DNA of 64,000 nucleotides, from assembly GCA_002104945.1 (NCBI GenBank), contig MCFH01000009.1, forward strand, positions 868,001 through 932,000, given 5' to 3'. The stretch is from Piromyces finnis finn. Lineage: Eukaryota > Fungi > Neocallimastigomycota. The notes under the pieces are model-generated. The model was not told where the DNA came from. It saw only the letters and a list, made by a program, of their open reading frames with translations, and ran no database searches. Shown here one piece after another: positions 29,169 through 44,401 of this stretch (position 1 is the stretch's first letter; the number at the start of each line of letters is the position of its first letter). Position numbers and translations under genes: made by a program.

Positions 29169-31019
29169 GCAATTGAATGAATTAGTATTATAAATATAAT
29201 TACTTATTAATTTAAATATTGTATATTATATTTTACAAATTATATTATTATGTATTTATCATTAAATACAACTTTTATAAATTAAGAATTTTTATTTAAT
29301 TTTACTTAAATAATTAAATATAATTATTGTAATATATCATGGTTATTAATTAATTATTATAATATTTAATTAAAAAATTACTTCAATGACAATAAGTAAT
29401 TATAATAAATTATTAATGGATGAAAAATCTATTACTAATTTTACATTATTAAATTTTCAAATAGAACTAAACTGAATAAACTAAAAGTTATTATTAATAT
29501 TTACTAAAATGTTATTATAAAAGGAACATTAAAATAGTTTTAATTCATATTGGTATTTTCAACATTTAAGTAAATTGCTTTTTTCATTATGAAATTATAA
29601 TTTTAATGTGTTGTAATTATTTATTCATTTAAAATTAAAACAAAAAAGTGATATTCACATTTTTAATTTGAATTTCTAATGTTTATATTAAAGTTGCGGA
29701 AAAGAATGAAGCTCTTCATAGAATTCATATAATTGTTTAATAAGAATCCCAATATATAAATTTAGCTTTTCTAATAATGTTTAAATTTTGGCCATATATA
29801 ATAATTATTATTAAGAAAAATATTAATTTTTTTAAATTTAACTATTTATTTATATAATACCATTAATTACTATAACAATAAATAATTATTCTTTCTTCAA
29901 TATAGAACTTGAAGAAGCTTTTAATAGTAAATCATTTATAATGTCTTTTTTTTTTATTATTATTATTTTATATAATGTTTAAATAATAAAAATAGTATAT
30001 AATTAAATAATTTAATATTTGTAATTAAATTTTAGTTTTAATTGAAAAAAAAAAAATTTATAATAATAATAAATTAAATATTTAAAAAACTAAAAAACAA
30101 TTTAATATATATTTAAATAGAATGTCAAAATTTTGATAATGAAGAATAAGACTTTTATTTTTTTATACTAATTCAAAATATTAAAACAAGAATTATAAAT
30201 ATTAATAATAAGACACAGTGTTAAAACTTTATCTTTTTTTTTTTTTTATTTTTTTTTAGTTTTTGTAATAATTGTGAAAATAATAGATAATTTTTCATCT
30301 TTGAATATAATTTTACATATAAAAAACATAATATACAATAACTCCTCTAGATTTGATAATTTTTAAGGTTAATATTATTTAAACCTTTTAGTTATATATA
30401 TATATATATAATACACATTCATAGACAATTAATTTATTTTTATATATTTACATAAAAAGAATGTGTATTTTATAAATATATTTAATCAATTCCCATTAAA
30501 TAAGGCAAAGACTATTATTCTCATTGAAATTAAAATATTAAAATGTTTCACAAATAAAATTAATCAATAAAAATAATTAAAAATTAGTATCAATGTAAAA
30601 AAGTGTGGTTATATATATTAACAAAAAAAAAAAAAACAATTTTTAAATATAATTCATTTTAATGAGGTTATATAAAGAAAATAAAAAATAAATATGATAA
30701 TATTATTTATTATTTAGTTGAAATAAAATATCGTAATGTTTTTCAAGTCATCATATATTTTAAACATGTATCTAACAAAAAAAAATTTTTTTATTATTAT
30801 TATAATAATATAAATAAATTATATATATAAATTTTTTATTTTTTTTTTAATTAAAAATATTGAAATTATGAATATGAAAATTTAAAAATTTAATTTAAAA
30901 AATAAACAATTATAAACTTTAAAAAAAAAAAGTATACATTAAATAAAAGAATAACATCCCAAAAGTAGTAAATTAAATTTATTATTAAAAATAGTAGAAA
31001 AAAGATAGTATTATTAGAA

Positions 31020-33460
31020 ATGGAATTTTATGGTGAATTTACTCTCGCGTAAGTTGTAATTTTAATAATTTTTATCTACGAAATCTGAATATTTAATAAC
31101 ATTTTTTTTATAATTTTATTTTAAAGGAATACGAGAGGAATTAGCCAAAATGTTAAGCCGGTATATATTACACCAACAATTTTTTGTTACGCATCTGGAA
31201 ATTGCTTAAACTTTGTTGAAAGAAAGAAAAAAGAACAATCATATAGTTATTATTCTGATGAACCATCCTCAAAGTATTGTTACCAAGATGTTAATCATAA
31301 AATGACAATTAATCGTATTACAGCAATTACATCATATCCAAGAAACTCAATATTCTCGTATTCTGAATTTAAAACAGAAAAAGTCAATGTATATAACTAT
31401 CCCTCATTTTCAATACAATCAACAATTACGCTAAGTAAGTAGAATTTTTTATTAATTAAGTTTTTCTTTATTAAAGAACATACACAAATATATATTCATT
31501 TATCCAAAATTTAAATAACTGAATATTAAAGATTCAGGAGAAAGTGTGAAATCAATGGCTTTCTCATGTGATGGTAAATATTTGGCAATTTTAACGGATT
31601 ATCCTACATGTACAGTATATATATGGAAATGGAAGAAAGAAAAATGTTTATGTAGTTATCAGATTGGAAAAAAAGTAGATTATATATCATTCAACCCTTT
31701 GAATAGATATCAATTATGTGCAAGTGGAAATGGAAGTATATATTTTTTAGAAATAATCGAAAGTTTTAAGAATCAATTTATATCGTGCATGTAATTATAT
31801 ACTCTTTTTCACTAAAGAAAAATTAATATTTTTTTACTTATTCATGAAAATATACATATTAAAAATTATACTTCTAAATATTTATATTTAAATATTATAT
31901 ATTATAATATATATATTGAATTAAAAATTTCATATTGATTAGACCAGGAGAACAATCAACACAAAATGTTTCTAATTTTATAGCTGAGCATATAATTAAT
32001 TTATCAAAAATTAATAATATGGATTCAAATTTATTTTTAAATGTGGTTGATGATAATACTGTAGAATGTAGTCCTATTCATTTAAATCTTTTTCCAAACA
32101 AACATAAATGGGGTCTTAATAATATTGTAATTGCAAGTAGTATGGATGGTGATTTTATATATGAATATGATATTAGTACTGGACATTGTAAAATAATGTT
32201 ATCCGCTGTTTATTTAGGAGGTGTACTTCTAAATAAAGAATATACGGATAATAAATATTTTTTAAATCTTATTAATGAAGAACTTATCAGTGGATATAAT
32301 AATGATAACACTATTTTAAAAAACCATTATGTAGAGGATTATATTGGAATTCATAATACATTTTCTTTTATTATAACTACCAAAGATATTATTATTGGTG
32401 GTGAGGTATTAAAAAATAAAATTATAATTTTATTATATATTTATATATTTATTTTATCTTAAAAAATAAGAATAATATTCCTAACGTTATAATTAATATC
32501 TTGTATTTTTTATAAAATTAAAATTTTTAATAAATAACCTTTTTTTAATTCTATGAATAATATAGGATGGTGTAATAAAATGGGTAGATTTAGAAAATTT
32601 ATCAACTGTTAATAGGCAGGAATATATATCTGATTGTAAAATTGAAGATTTAATTATATCACCAAATTATGATGAAATACTTGTATATACAAATAATAAA
32701 AAATTATATTCATACGATTTACTAGAAAATAAAAAAACGATGGTAATTTTTAGCATTTATATAAAATTATAAATTTGTTATAAATAATAAATTATGTATA
32801 TAATATATACCATATGTATTATATGTATTATTTAGATTATTGATGATTATTCACAAAATATAACATCAATGGATTGTTATGATTTGGATAAAATTGTAGT
32901 TACATGTTCTTCAACAGGTTCATTATATTTCTGGAATAGTGATAACTATTCGTTAATGTCAAAATATAATATTAATAATACAATATTTACAGATGTCAAA
33001 TGTAGTCCTGTATCAAATTTATTGGCAGTTGGATCTAATAATGGTGTTTTAAGAATATATGATGCTGAAAATATAAAATATTCATTAGATAATGAGTCGA
33101 ATGTACAATTAATAAATAAATATAAGGACTTTAGAAAATCTCTTGCTATTTCAAATATTAATGAAAGTAAAGAAATAAATATTGATGGAAAAGAATATAA
33201 TCAATATGAAGATATTTCTGAAAATTTCAAAGAATTATTTATTTTATTAAGAAACAAAATCAGTAATTACCCAATCAAGCATGTATGAAACTAAGTTTTT
33301 TTTTTTTTTGAAAAGAATAAAAAATTTACTTAAATATATAAAATAATAATAATAATAATAAACTTTTTTCTTTTATTTCCAATTATATAATTCTAATTAT
33401 AATATGGCATCTATTGTAATGGTGTATGTCTAAAAAAAAAACTATACAAATATTGCTTTA

Positions 33461-33538
<78 letters not shown>

Positions 33539-36500
33539 TAATAATTAATAAATAACCATAAAAGATGCTATTTGAACCAAATGGAAGGTTTTTATGTGTT
33601 GGAGTTCAAGAAGAAAAAATATATATTATAAATTTGATTTCAAAAATTTCAATATTAGGCCATTTAAAATATAATGGATGTATTGTGGATATGATATGGG
33701 GTTGTGATTTGGTACTTGAGGATGAAGATGATGAAGAAGACGAAGAAGATGAAGATGAAGAAATCAATAATGTAAATTAAATTTATTTAAATCAACTAAA
33801 TTAAATAAATTATTAAAACTAACTTTTACTTTTAATTTAAATAAAAGATTAAAACGTTATATGTACTTGTAATTAATTCTGATGGAAAAACAAGTACTCT
33901 CTATAAATATATTATAGATACTACTCTTTTACCGAATTCTTATGCTGACGAAATTATTGATGCATGTCCTAATGTAATAATTAAATATAAAATTAATAAT
34001 AGTATATTTTTTTAGTCAATGAATTAATAATTGATATATTATATAATGAAATAAGCATTATTTATATAGGATTAATGATGTTGTTACCGGATTTTCTCAA
34101 ATACCAAAGTAAGGATGATAAAATATTTTAGCCAATATATATTATATTTAGTATATCATTTATATAATTGATTTAATAAACATATATTTATTTGTATATG
34201 TATATTAATATACTATATTTAAACATATAGACAATATTCAGAAGGAAAAGAAGTATTCAATTTTGTTTGTGTTGATAAATCAATAAAAACTTATATGTTA
34301 CCAATTGTAGGGCCAAATACAGAAGATATTCAAACAGTGATTGAATTTAATGGCTATTTAAATGAAGTTAGATTAAAATAAATATTAATTTAAAGTTTAT
34401 ATATATAAATTACTTAACATAATTATATTTATATTATGATATTTTATTAATATTTTGTTAGGTTAAATCAAATCATTACAAATCAGGAGTAAAATTACAA
34501 GCAATTAATAATAATGAATGGTTATTAAGTTATTCTTTAGATGGATATGTTATAATTCATATGAATATGGATTTAAATGAAAATATAAAATTTTTGGCAA
34601 CACTTTCATCTGATGGAGGTATAAAAAAGTGTATTATGAGAAATGACTGTAAGGAAATTATAACAATAGGAAATGATAATATATTAAGATTCTGGGAATG
34701 GAAATTAACTCCTAATGGGAAAAAAAGATTAACTGAGTTAGAAAATGAATTAGAGAAATCAAATAATATAAAATTAAAAATAGGAAATGATATTAAATCA
34801 ATTATAAATATTGAAAAGGTAAATAAGGAATAAATTAAATATCAAAATTATTTTTTGTATATATAATAATACAATATATTTTATATTTGATATAATACTA
34901 TAAATCGAATAATATTATATAAAAATGTAATAGAAAAATGATAAATTTCAACTAGATTATCCGGATAATGATGAAGAACAAATATATTTATATTCACAAC
35001 AAGAACAAAAAATTGAAAAAGATATATTAGAAAAAGATATAAATGTAAAATAATAAATAAATAAATAAATATATTACATAATAGTTATACGTTATACCAA
35101 TTTATTTATTTTTTTCAATTTATTTATTAAAATTATAGGAATTCCAAGAAAATATTAAAAGTAAAATTGAAGAATTGAAATTAAAATATTTAGAATTAAT
35201 CGAAAAAAACGATAATTTGAAAGATATTGAAAAATTAGAGCCTCTTGAGTTTACAATTGATTATGAAGAAAAAAATAGATTAAATAATGAATTGGAGGAA
35301 GAGCTAAAAGAATTCAGAAAGAAATTGGAAAAGGAAATTTTAAAGACACAAATTATAAAAGAAAGAATAAAAGTATAGAAATATATAGTTAACAATTATA
35401 AAAAAATCTAATATATATTAATTTATATTAATAAAAAAATTTTAAAATTAAGACCGAATGTTGGGATTCGATGAGTGTTGTTGGGAAAACAATAAAATCT
35501 TTTAAAGAAAATAAATTGACTGGAAAGAAGATAAATATCACAAACTATCCATTACGTAAAAAAGATGATAAAGAACAACGTACTATTAATAAAATAATTC
35601 AATTAAGAAAAAATCAATTGAGAATTGAATCCCTTATAGATAAAATTAATGCTGATAAAGTATTACATAAAAATATTTATATATATATAACTAAATAATA
35701 TGTAGTAATCAATAACTAATAAATAATATTTAAAAAAGTTTAAGGATATTGATGTAATAATGAATGAAAACGAAGAAACTAATAAAGAAACATTAAATAC
35801 TAACAATGCATCAAATAATAAGCCTTCTAATAATAATAATAATAATAACAATAATAACAATAATGGATCTGAAATTAATGTAATATAGTTTTTTTATAAA
35901 TATAAAAAAAAGATGTTAAATAATATAAAATAAAAAGATAATAATCATTATAATTTGTATAATGTAGTCAACAACAAATATTACAAAACTTAAGTCGAAA
36001 TATGATAGCTTATTATTTAATCCATTTGACTTGGTAACTAATGAAAGAAAACGTATTCAAATATTCATTTTAGAAGAAATAATTACTGATATAAAAGTAA
36101 TGATACATAATTTTGAAATATTAAGTGATTACAATAGTTAAAATATAGATTACTAAGCTTTTTCATTATATATAATATTAATAATAGAAACAATTTAACG
36201 AAAAATTTGATGAACAAGTAAAATCAAAAAATGATATTTTATCTAAAATAGAAGAGAAAAATGAAAGAATTCAAACAATTATAGATGAATTACAAGTAAA
36301 TATAATATATTCAAATTATAAAGTGAAGTGATGTAACAATACTTGAATATTGAATATATAAAATTATGAAATAATTTCTTTACAGATTAAAGAAGAAATA
36401 TCCCAATTATCATTAGATGATGATGAAATTCCTGATAGTTGTTTAAAGTTGGATGAATCTGAGATTAAAGCGGAAAAAGTATTTAAATGTTTTATTATAT

Positions 36501-38924
36501 TTAGATTTTTTTTTAAAATTATATAAAATTTAATTTTTTAATATTTAAATTAATTAAAAGTATTTAACAGAAGAAGAAAAAAGAAAATTAGAAGAAAAAA
36601 GACTAATTGAGGAACAACGCTTGAAAGAAAGATTAGAAGATAACTGGCAAGAAAGAGCTTTATCAGAAATGATGAACGGATCTTTAGCAGACAAGTAAAT
36701 AAATATAAATAATTATATATTTATGTAATATTTACTAATTTTTATTTTAAAATTCATAGAAATGAGAAAGAAAACCAAATTGAATTTATAAAACCAGAAT
36801 GTATGAACAAACCAAAGGAAGAATTAACAGAGGATGAAATTAAACAAATTAAGGAATATGAAAAGAAAGTCGAAGCTTATATAGTAATATTTTAAAATAT
36901 AAATATTCATTACCTAATATATTAAAAATATTAATTATTAAATATATATTCTTTTTAAATAAATAGGAAGAGCAAGAGAAATATAGAAAAGTATTAGAAA
37001 CAGAATTGAGAAAACATCAAGGATTTATAGCTGATTTATTGACTAATTATGATGATGAATTAGATAAATTATTTAAATTAAAATTAACAACAGATCAATT
37101 AATATATCAAAATGAATTAAAAATAATAAAATTATATCAAGGAATTTTATTTTGGGAAAAAATCGAATATCAAAATGCAGCTTTAAAGCAATATATGGAG
37201 GAATTAACAAGAGAAAAAATGAAGTATTCATCAGAAATTCCTGAAGTTAAAGTAATGGATATATATAAATAATTTTTTAATGTTATTAAAAAATATTAAA
37301 ATGCTTAATTCATATTGTTATGTATTAATAGAAAGACCATGAAAAATATAAAGAAGATTATGATTTAATTGTTCATAAGGATAAAGAAATTGAGAAGGCA
37401 TTTAAAAAAGAATTCCATCAATATGAACATTGTTTTGAATTATTATATAAAATCTTTAAAAAGAGAGAAAAGGTAATGATATATTTTCAAAATACTAATT
37501 AAACTGATATTAATATAAATATTCTTTTTATAATGTAGAACGGAACGGAAACATATGATGAAAAGTTTAAATCATCATTAAATCCATTTAAAGAAATTGA
37601 ATTAAAATATGAATTAAATGATGATAAAAACACAAATTATGATGTTATTAATGAAGAAATACCAGAAGGTTGTGATACAGAACTATGGAATAAAATGCTA
37701 GAGATGAGAAGTAAAAAAATTGAAAGTGAAAAAGAAGTATGAAATTATTTATAATATTTGATATTCTATGGTTCAATTTAATAAATATATTAAATATAAA
37801 TAATTAATATTATTATATAATATAAAAAAAGGTTCAATTAATGCTTAAAAGATTAAATAAAGTTCAATTATTAGCTCAAAATTATATAAAAGAAAATGAA
37901 AATTACAAAATGAGATGTGAAAATGGTAATAAAAGAATACCTGAAATAGAAGAATATATTTTTCAAGGTATTTATAATCTTGAATGTTTATTCCAATTGA
38001 AACAAGGACAGGTAATACATTATTATTTTTTTTTATTTATTAAATATAAATATGAAATATTATTTAATTATATCTAAAATTATTAAAATTAATAATATTT
38101 TAGGTTGAATATCCACAATCACTTGTTGTAACAGATTATTCTGATGCTGTAATGATTAATAGAAAAATCATTGAACAACTTAATGAAGTTATTCTAAATT
38201 TAGGACATTCAAAAATCGAAGCTTTAAAAGAAATGAAAGAATATAGAAAAGGAATATCTGCTTTAGAATGGTAATAACACTATTAATTAAAAAAAACTAT
38301 TTTAACTTAAAAAGTTTAATTAAAATAACAAATCAATTATAATCATCATATTAAAGGGAAAATAAAGTACTTGATTTTCAAGCTGATGATCTAATTCTGA
38401 AAACTAAACATATTCAATTACTTCGTGTTACAAAACATATTCAAGAATATATTAGAGTAGGTGGTGAGGATAAATTCCCGGCTGAAATGCAAGCATTAGA
38501 ACGTCGTGGAGAATATTCAGAAAAAGCATTTTTACATAAAGTTGAAAATCAGAAGAAAATTATTGATAAAATTAATAATGATATTCAAACTAAACTAAAA
38601 GAAAATGTTAAATTAGACAAAAAAATTAGATCTCTAGAAGAAGCGGTCATTGAAAGAAAGAAGATTAATGATATTAAAGGTAATTATTAATAAATAAAAC
38701 ATATTATTATTATATTTGATATTAACTATATTAAATTAACAATAATTATAGTGAGTCACCATAATTATTCTGATCAATGTAACGATGCTAAATACCAGGA
38801 AATTATTGAACGTAGAAGATTAATTGATTTAGCTCGATTACAAGCTAAAGATATATCTCTTTTAAGGAGCGAAGTTGAAAAATTGAGATTAAAGACTTTC
38901 CCTGCTTTTCCATCTTCTACTTGA
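31020..38924 (+). CDS. CFAP43: Cilia- and flagella-associated protein 43 (WD40 repeats plus long coiled coil); many exons
   Basis: N-terminal WD40 exons ('SMAFSCDGKYLA...VYIWKWKKEK') are followed by a coiled-coil tail containing 'LLFNPFDLVTNERK'. The terminal 'SLLRSEVEKLRLKTFPAF' matches the CFAP43 end motif (EVERLRMKTFPAL). Start and internal exon boundaries were placed by eye. Confidence 0.85.
33461..33538. repeat. (AAT)n intronic microsatellite in CFAP43
   Basis: Directly visible, about 26 units. Confidence 0.9.
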
Positions 38925-40824
38925 AGTAATTTCTATTGATTTTCATATAAATATCAATAATCTTAATTACATTTTAGTAGTTTTAAATATATAATATTAT
39001 TAAGTAATATTATGTATATCTTTTTTAAAATTTTAAAACTTTTACTTTTGTTATAACAATAATATTTAAAAGAATTTTATAAATTAATAACATCATTAAA
39101 GACTGCTTTATTACATTTGTACAAATATGACGATTATTTGTCATATAAATTTTATCCACTATAGCATTACAATTTTTCAAAATATTAAACATGATTTTCT
39201 GTACATTAAGAAATATTAAAATACGTAAATAACTAATAATGATAATTACGAATATTACATATTATATTCATAATAATTACTATTATCATAATTAATAAAA
39301 TTATTTAATAAATATGATTAAAGAGCTAATTATAAATTACAGTTCAGTTCTAAAAAAAAATACATTATAAAAATATTTTTATGTTTCTTATTCATAATAT
39401 CTATAATAAATAAAATTATATAATATGTATTATTTTCAAAAAAATTACAGTTTTTATGAAAAATTAACTTAATATACTTTTAGTTTACAAACTTTAAATA
39501 TTATTTTTTTTCATTACAAAAATAAAAAATTAAAATTAATGTTCTTTTTCATATCTTTTTACCTTTTGTTTTTAAAAAGAATTATTATTATTTTTATACA
39601 AATGTATTATTTATAATTTACTACTATAATAATACTTTTAAAATTCTTAAAAATAAAAACTTTATTAGCTATTCTTTATGATAATTTACTAAATTATTTT
39701 TAGGCATTGAATCTATGTAAATAAATAAAATAAAATTTAAAATAAAAATAAAACAATATGATATATTTATTTTTTTTTAAACTTTAAAAAAAAATTGCAA
39801 AAAATAAAAAAAGTAAAAATAAAAAATAGTTTCTTTTGGTTTTCATATTTATTAAAAAAATTATAATTTTGTTCCTTTTTTTAATGATAAAAAATTAATT
39901 ATTAGAAAAAAGAAACAAAGAGTATTTCCTTGTATAAATTATTAAATATATTCGATATATAACCACAAAGATAGTGATTCAGTAAATACTTTTTTTTTTC
40001 ATATTTAAATATAAAGAAATAATATAAAAAAAGAAATGAAAAGTTAAATATGAATAAATAGATATTTCAATAATGAAAAGACTATACAACATATATTAAA
40101 AAAAAAAAAATACCAATAATGAAATATTATAAATGGTGTATTAAAAAATTGAATTTGATATAAATCAATAATACTATAATAGGAAATTATGTTAAATATC
40201 TATATAATTAATAATTGATAAAATGACTAAAGACAAAAATAATTAAACAGAATTGCATATTTTTTAATACTTTACAAAAGCTACTTATAAAAGACAAAAA
40301 ATCAAAAAAAAAAAAAGTTAAATTTTTTATTCTGTCATTTATCATATTGATATTTTTAAAATAACAACAACAGCAATACAAATAATAAAAGAAATACTTT
40401 GAAATAGTAGTATTATATAAAAATTATAAAAAAATCTTTTTTTTTAATAATAAATAAAATAATAGCAAAACTAAAAAACAAAACTAATGAATATTAATAA
40501 TTTTTATATTAATATATATATATAAAATATAATTAAAAATTGTAATTTTTTTTTACTTTGTTGAAAATATATATACAGTAAGTAAAAATATATATAATAA
40601 AAATGTAGTTTTGAAAATATATTAATTCATTACTAATAATTATATTATTAAAAATTATCAAAATAATAATGACTATATTTTTTTATACAATTTCTCTATC
40701 TATATTGAATACAGATAATGCATTATAAAAATTAATTACTAAACTCTTAAAATACATAATAACTTTAAATAGAAGATACAAATATATAAATTAGTGAATT
40801 TCACAAATATATAAATTAGTTGAA

Positions 40825-41040
40825 ATGTCTGACCTTAAATATCAAAAACTACTTCAATTGAATGAACGTCTTCGCCAAGAAGAAGAATTACCTAGAATTC
40901 CTGTATCAGAAGCTAGTAAGAATCTTGTTAAATATATTGGTGAAATTCCAGACCCATTGTCTCACCCATTGAAAGCCGAATGTCAACCTAATCCATTTAC
41001 TTCACAACCTCCAGGTGGTAGCTGTTGTGTAATATTATAG
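40825..41040 (+). CDS. Heterotrimeric G-protein gamma subunit, 71 aa, intronless
   Basis: 'LNERLRQEEELPRIPVSEASKNLVKY...DPL...NPF' is the GGL-domain pattern. The C-terminal 'CCVIL' is a CaaX box with an adjacent Cys. Confidence 0.92.
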   Translation: MSDLKYQKLLQLNERLRQEEELPRIPVSEASKNLVKYIGEIPDPLSHPLKAECQPNPFTSQPPGGSCCVIL

Positions 41041-41810
41041 AAAATCAAATTAAAGACACAAATAATTATATATAAATATTAACCAGTTAAATATACAATA
41101 TTAATAATCTATAAATTATATAAATATAATAATAATATTTATTAATTGAAATATAAATAATAATAATAAATTATAATGATAAATAATACTATAATGAAGA
41201 AGTAATATGTTCAATTTTTTACTCTTTTAATTATTATTATTATTATTGTTATTATTATTATTGTATTTATTGCATTAAATCTTTATTCAATTTTTTTTAT
41301 TGATAAAAAAAATTATCAATAATTTTTATAGTTAAATTTATTTAGAATATATAACAATATAGAATTTTTTATTTTTCCTCCCTTTTTTTGATACTTTGTT
41401 CCTGTTAAAATTTAATCATTAAATAAATTATATATATAAAAATATATATATATATTTTTATAAAAAAAATAAAAAACTATGCATATTTATTTTTTCCTTT
41501 TTATTTTTTTGTAATTTATTTATTTATTTATTTTTTTTAAAAAAAAAAAGGAAGTCTTATTGATTTAGTAGTTTCATACTTTTATTATTTTTTGTATCTA
41601 TTAAATTATAATTATATTAATTGAATGATTGCTTTTCAGAGTTTAATTTAATTTTGAATGTTTTAAATATTAAATTTTTATTTAATAAAAGGCTCAAAAT
41701 TACAAAGGGTAAAAGAGGAAAAACAAAAACAAAAACAAAAAAAAATGTCATTTCTAATTAATTTTATTTTATATAATAATTATACAAATTTTTATTAATA
41801 TGTTAATTTA

Positions 41811-44345
41811 TTAAATGCTTTTTTCTTCTAATTTTGAATCATTTTCATCCCATTGTCTTTTTCCAAGAATCTTCTCAACATCTTCTTTGCCAATAACTTC
41901 TTTTTCTAATAAAAGTTTTGCTAATTTATCAATATCTTCCTTTTTATCGGTTAATAAATCGTATGTTCTTTTATAGCAGGCTTCAACCCTAAATTAAAAA
42001 AGATTGGAATATTAATGTTTTTATTAATTTATATAAATATATTATAATATTATAAATCAACTTACAATTCTCTAACTTCTTTATCAATCATTTGAGCAGT
42101 TTTTTCACTGTATGGTTTAAAGAATGAAGATTCATTTTCTTCTTTAAATGAAATATTACCAATACTTTTATTCATACCATATTGAGCTACTATTGAATAT
42201 GCCATTTGAGTAACTTTTTGTAAATCATCATATGCGCCTGTAGTTATTCTACCAAAGAATAATTGTTCTGAACAACGACCACCTAACGACATACAAATAA
42301 TATCTATCAACTGTTCCTTAGAATATAAATAGTGTTCTTTTGGAATATATTGGGCATATCCTAAAGCAGAAGAACCTCTTGGGATAATAGAAACTTTCAA
42401 TAATGGACTAGCATACTCTAAGAACTGGTAATATTAAATATATTATGTTAATAAACACTACATTCATAATTAAAATATTATAACATAATTCATTATTTTT
42501 ATGAATTAAAATTACCCATCCAACAACAGCATGACCTATATAACAATATATATAAATATTAATATTTATATATCAATATTAATGATTTTATATTAATTAT
42601 TATAGTACCTGCTTCATGATAAGCAACAATTTTTTTTTCGTGTGGATTTAAAAGTTTGGATTTCTTTTCCAATCCACCAATAACTCTTTCAATAGCCTTT
42701 TCAAAATCAATTTTTTGAACTGATAATTTTTGTTCTCTTGCAGCTATTAACGCAGCTTCATTACAAGCCTTAATAAATTTCATTATATCAAATAAATTAT
42801 ATATTAAAAAAAAATGAAAAAAAAAATTGAAAAAAAATATGTATAATATTATTATATATTTACACTATGGATATCTGCACCAGAAAATCCCGGAGTTAAT
42901 GATGCAAGCTTATTACTTAAGTCATCGATATTTTCATTTGGATCAATTGTAATTGGTTTAAGATGAACTTTAAAAATTTCTTTTCTACCTTGAATATCAG
43001 GTTTATCAATAGTAACATGGCGATCAAAGCGACCTGGTCTCATTAAAGCTGGATCTAATACATCTGGTCTGTTGGTACCAGCCAAAACTATAACATGATC
43101 ACTAGAATCAAAACCATCCATTTCAACCAATAATTGATTCAAAGTATTTTCACGTTCATCATTTCCCCCACCAATACCAGTCATTCTACTTCTTGTCTGT
43201 TATATATTTTAATCTTAAGTATATATATTAACTTATATAAATTAAAACTACATATATTAAAACAACTAACTCTTCCAATAGCGTCAATTTCATCAATGAA
43301 AATTATACATGGAGCTAACTTCTTAGCATTGGCAAATAAATCCCTGACTCTTGAAGAACCAACACCAACAAACCTATATTAAAAATTTTTAATATATTTT
43401 AATATTGTAAAATTTTAAATTACCTTTTTAATAAATGATATATAGTTTATATAATTTAATTTTATTTACATTTCTACAAATTCTGATCCAGAAACGCTCA
43501 AGAATGGAACATCTTTAATATAGTTATTTTATTATTAGATAAAAATTATTAGCAAAATGATAATAGTAATAGTAATAGTAATATATTATATTTACCAGCT
43601 TCACCAGCAGTAGCTTTAGCAAGTAAAGTCTTACCAGTACCAGGTGGTCCAGATAAAATAGCTCCCTTTGGCATCTTAGCACCTAATAATTCAAAAGAAG
43701 CAGGATTCTTTAAGATTTTTACAAATTCCATAATTTCCTCCTTAACTTCATTCATACCAGCAATATCCTTAAATTTAACCTTAACTTTATTTTCTTGATT
43801 ATACATCCTAGCATTAGATCTAGATAATCCAAATATACCTCCTTGAGGTCCCATAGTTGTCGGAGATCTTCCACCGGAATTCTTTGAAGCCCACCAAATA
43901 CATCCAAAAAATAAAATTGTTGGTAATAAATCCATAAACTTATTTGATGAATTTTTATTATTTGAATAAATTACTTAAAAAAAAATATTTATATAAAAAG
44001 AAGAAACGTTTAAGTATTAATAGTATTATTATATTTATATATAGTTATAGTTACCTGGTATTTTCTTCCAACTTGGTATGCCTAATTCATTTTGAGCATC
44101 TTCCAACTTTTTTTCAAAACTTTCAACACTTCCTATATAATGTTAATAATAAATAATATATTTAATATTAATAAAAAATAAATAGCTATATATATTAAGT
44201 AAAATCTAAATACCTATTGTGAAACATAAATGCTTTTTTCTTTTGATAAGATCTTTAATTCCCTTAGAATCCTTGTTCTCAAATAATCCAGGTTTAAAAT
44301 GAATATAAACATATGAACCATCACAAACTTCTAAATATCTTTTTA

Positions 44346-44401
<56 letters not shown>

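Noticed and set aside
29380-29950. Minus-strand stretches that read like decayed coding sequence (e.g. TLLEKLNLYIGILIKQLYEFYEELHSFPQL) between UFD4 and CFAP43
   Set aside because: The open stretches are only about 30 codons, are interrupted by stops and contain no recognisable motif. This is expected by chance. A tblastx search would be needed to revive the idea.
39124-39146. Small hairpin ATATGAC-N8-GTCATAT downstream of CFAP43
   Set aside because: A 7-bp AT-rich stem is easily produced by chance and has no ncRNA context.
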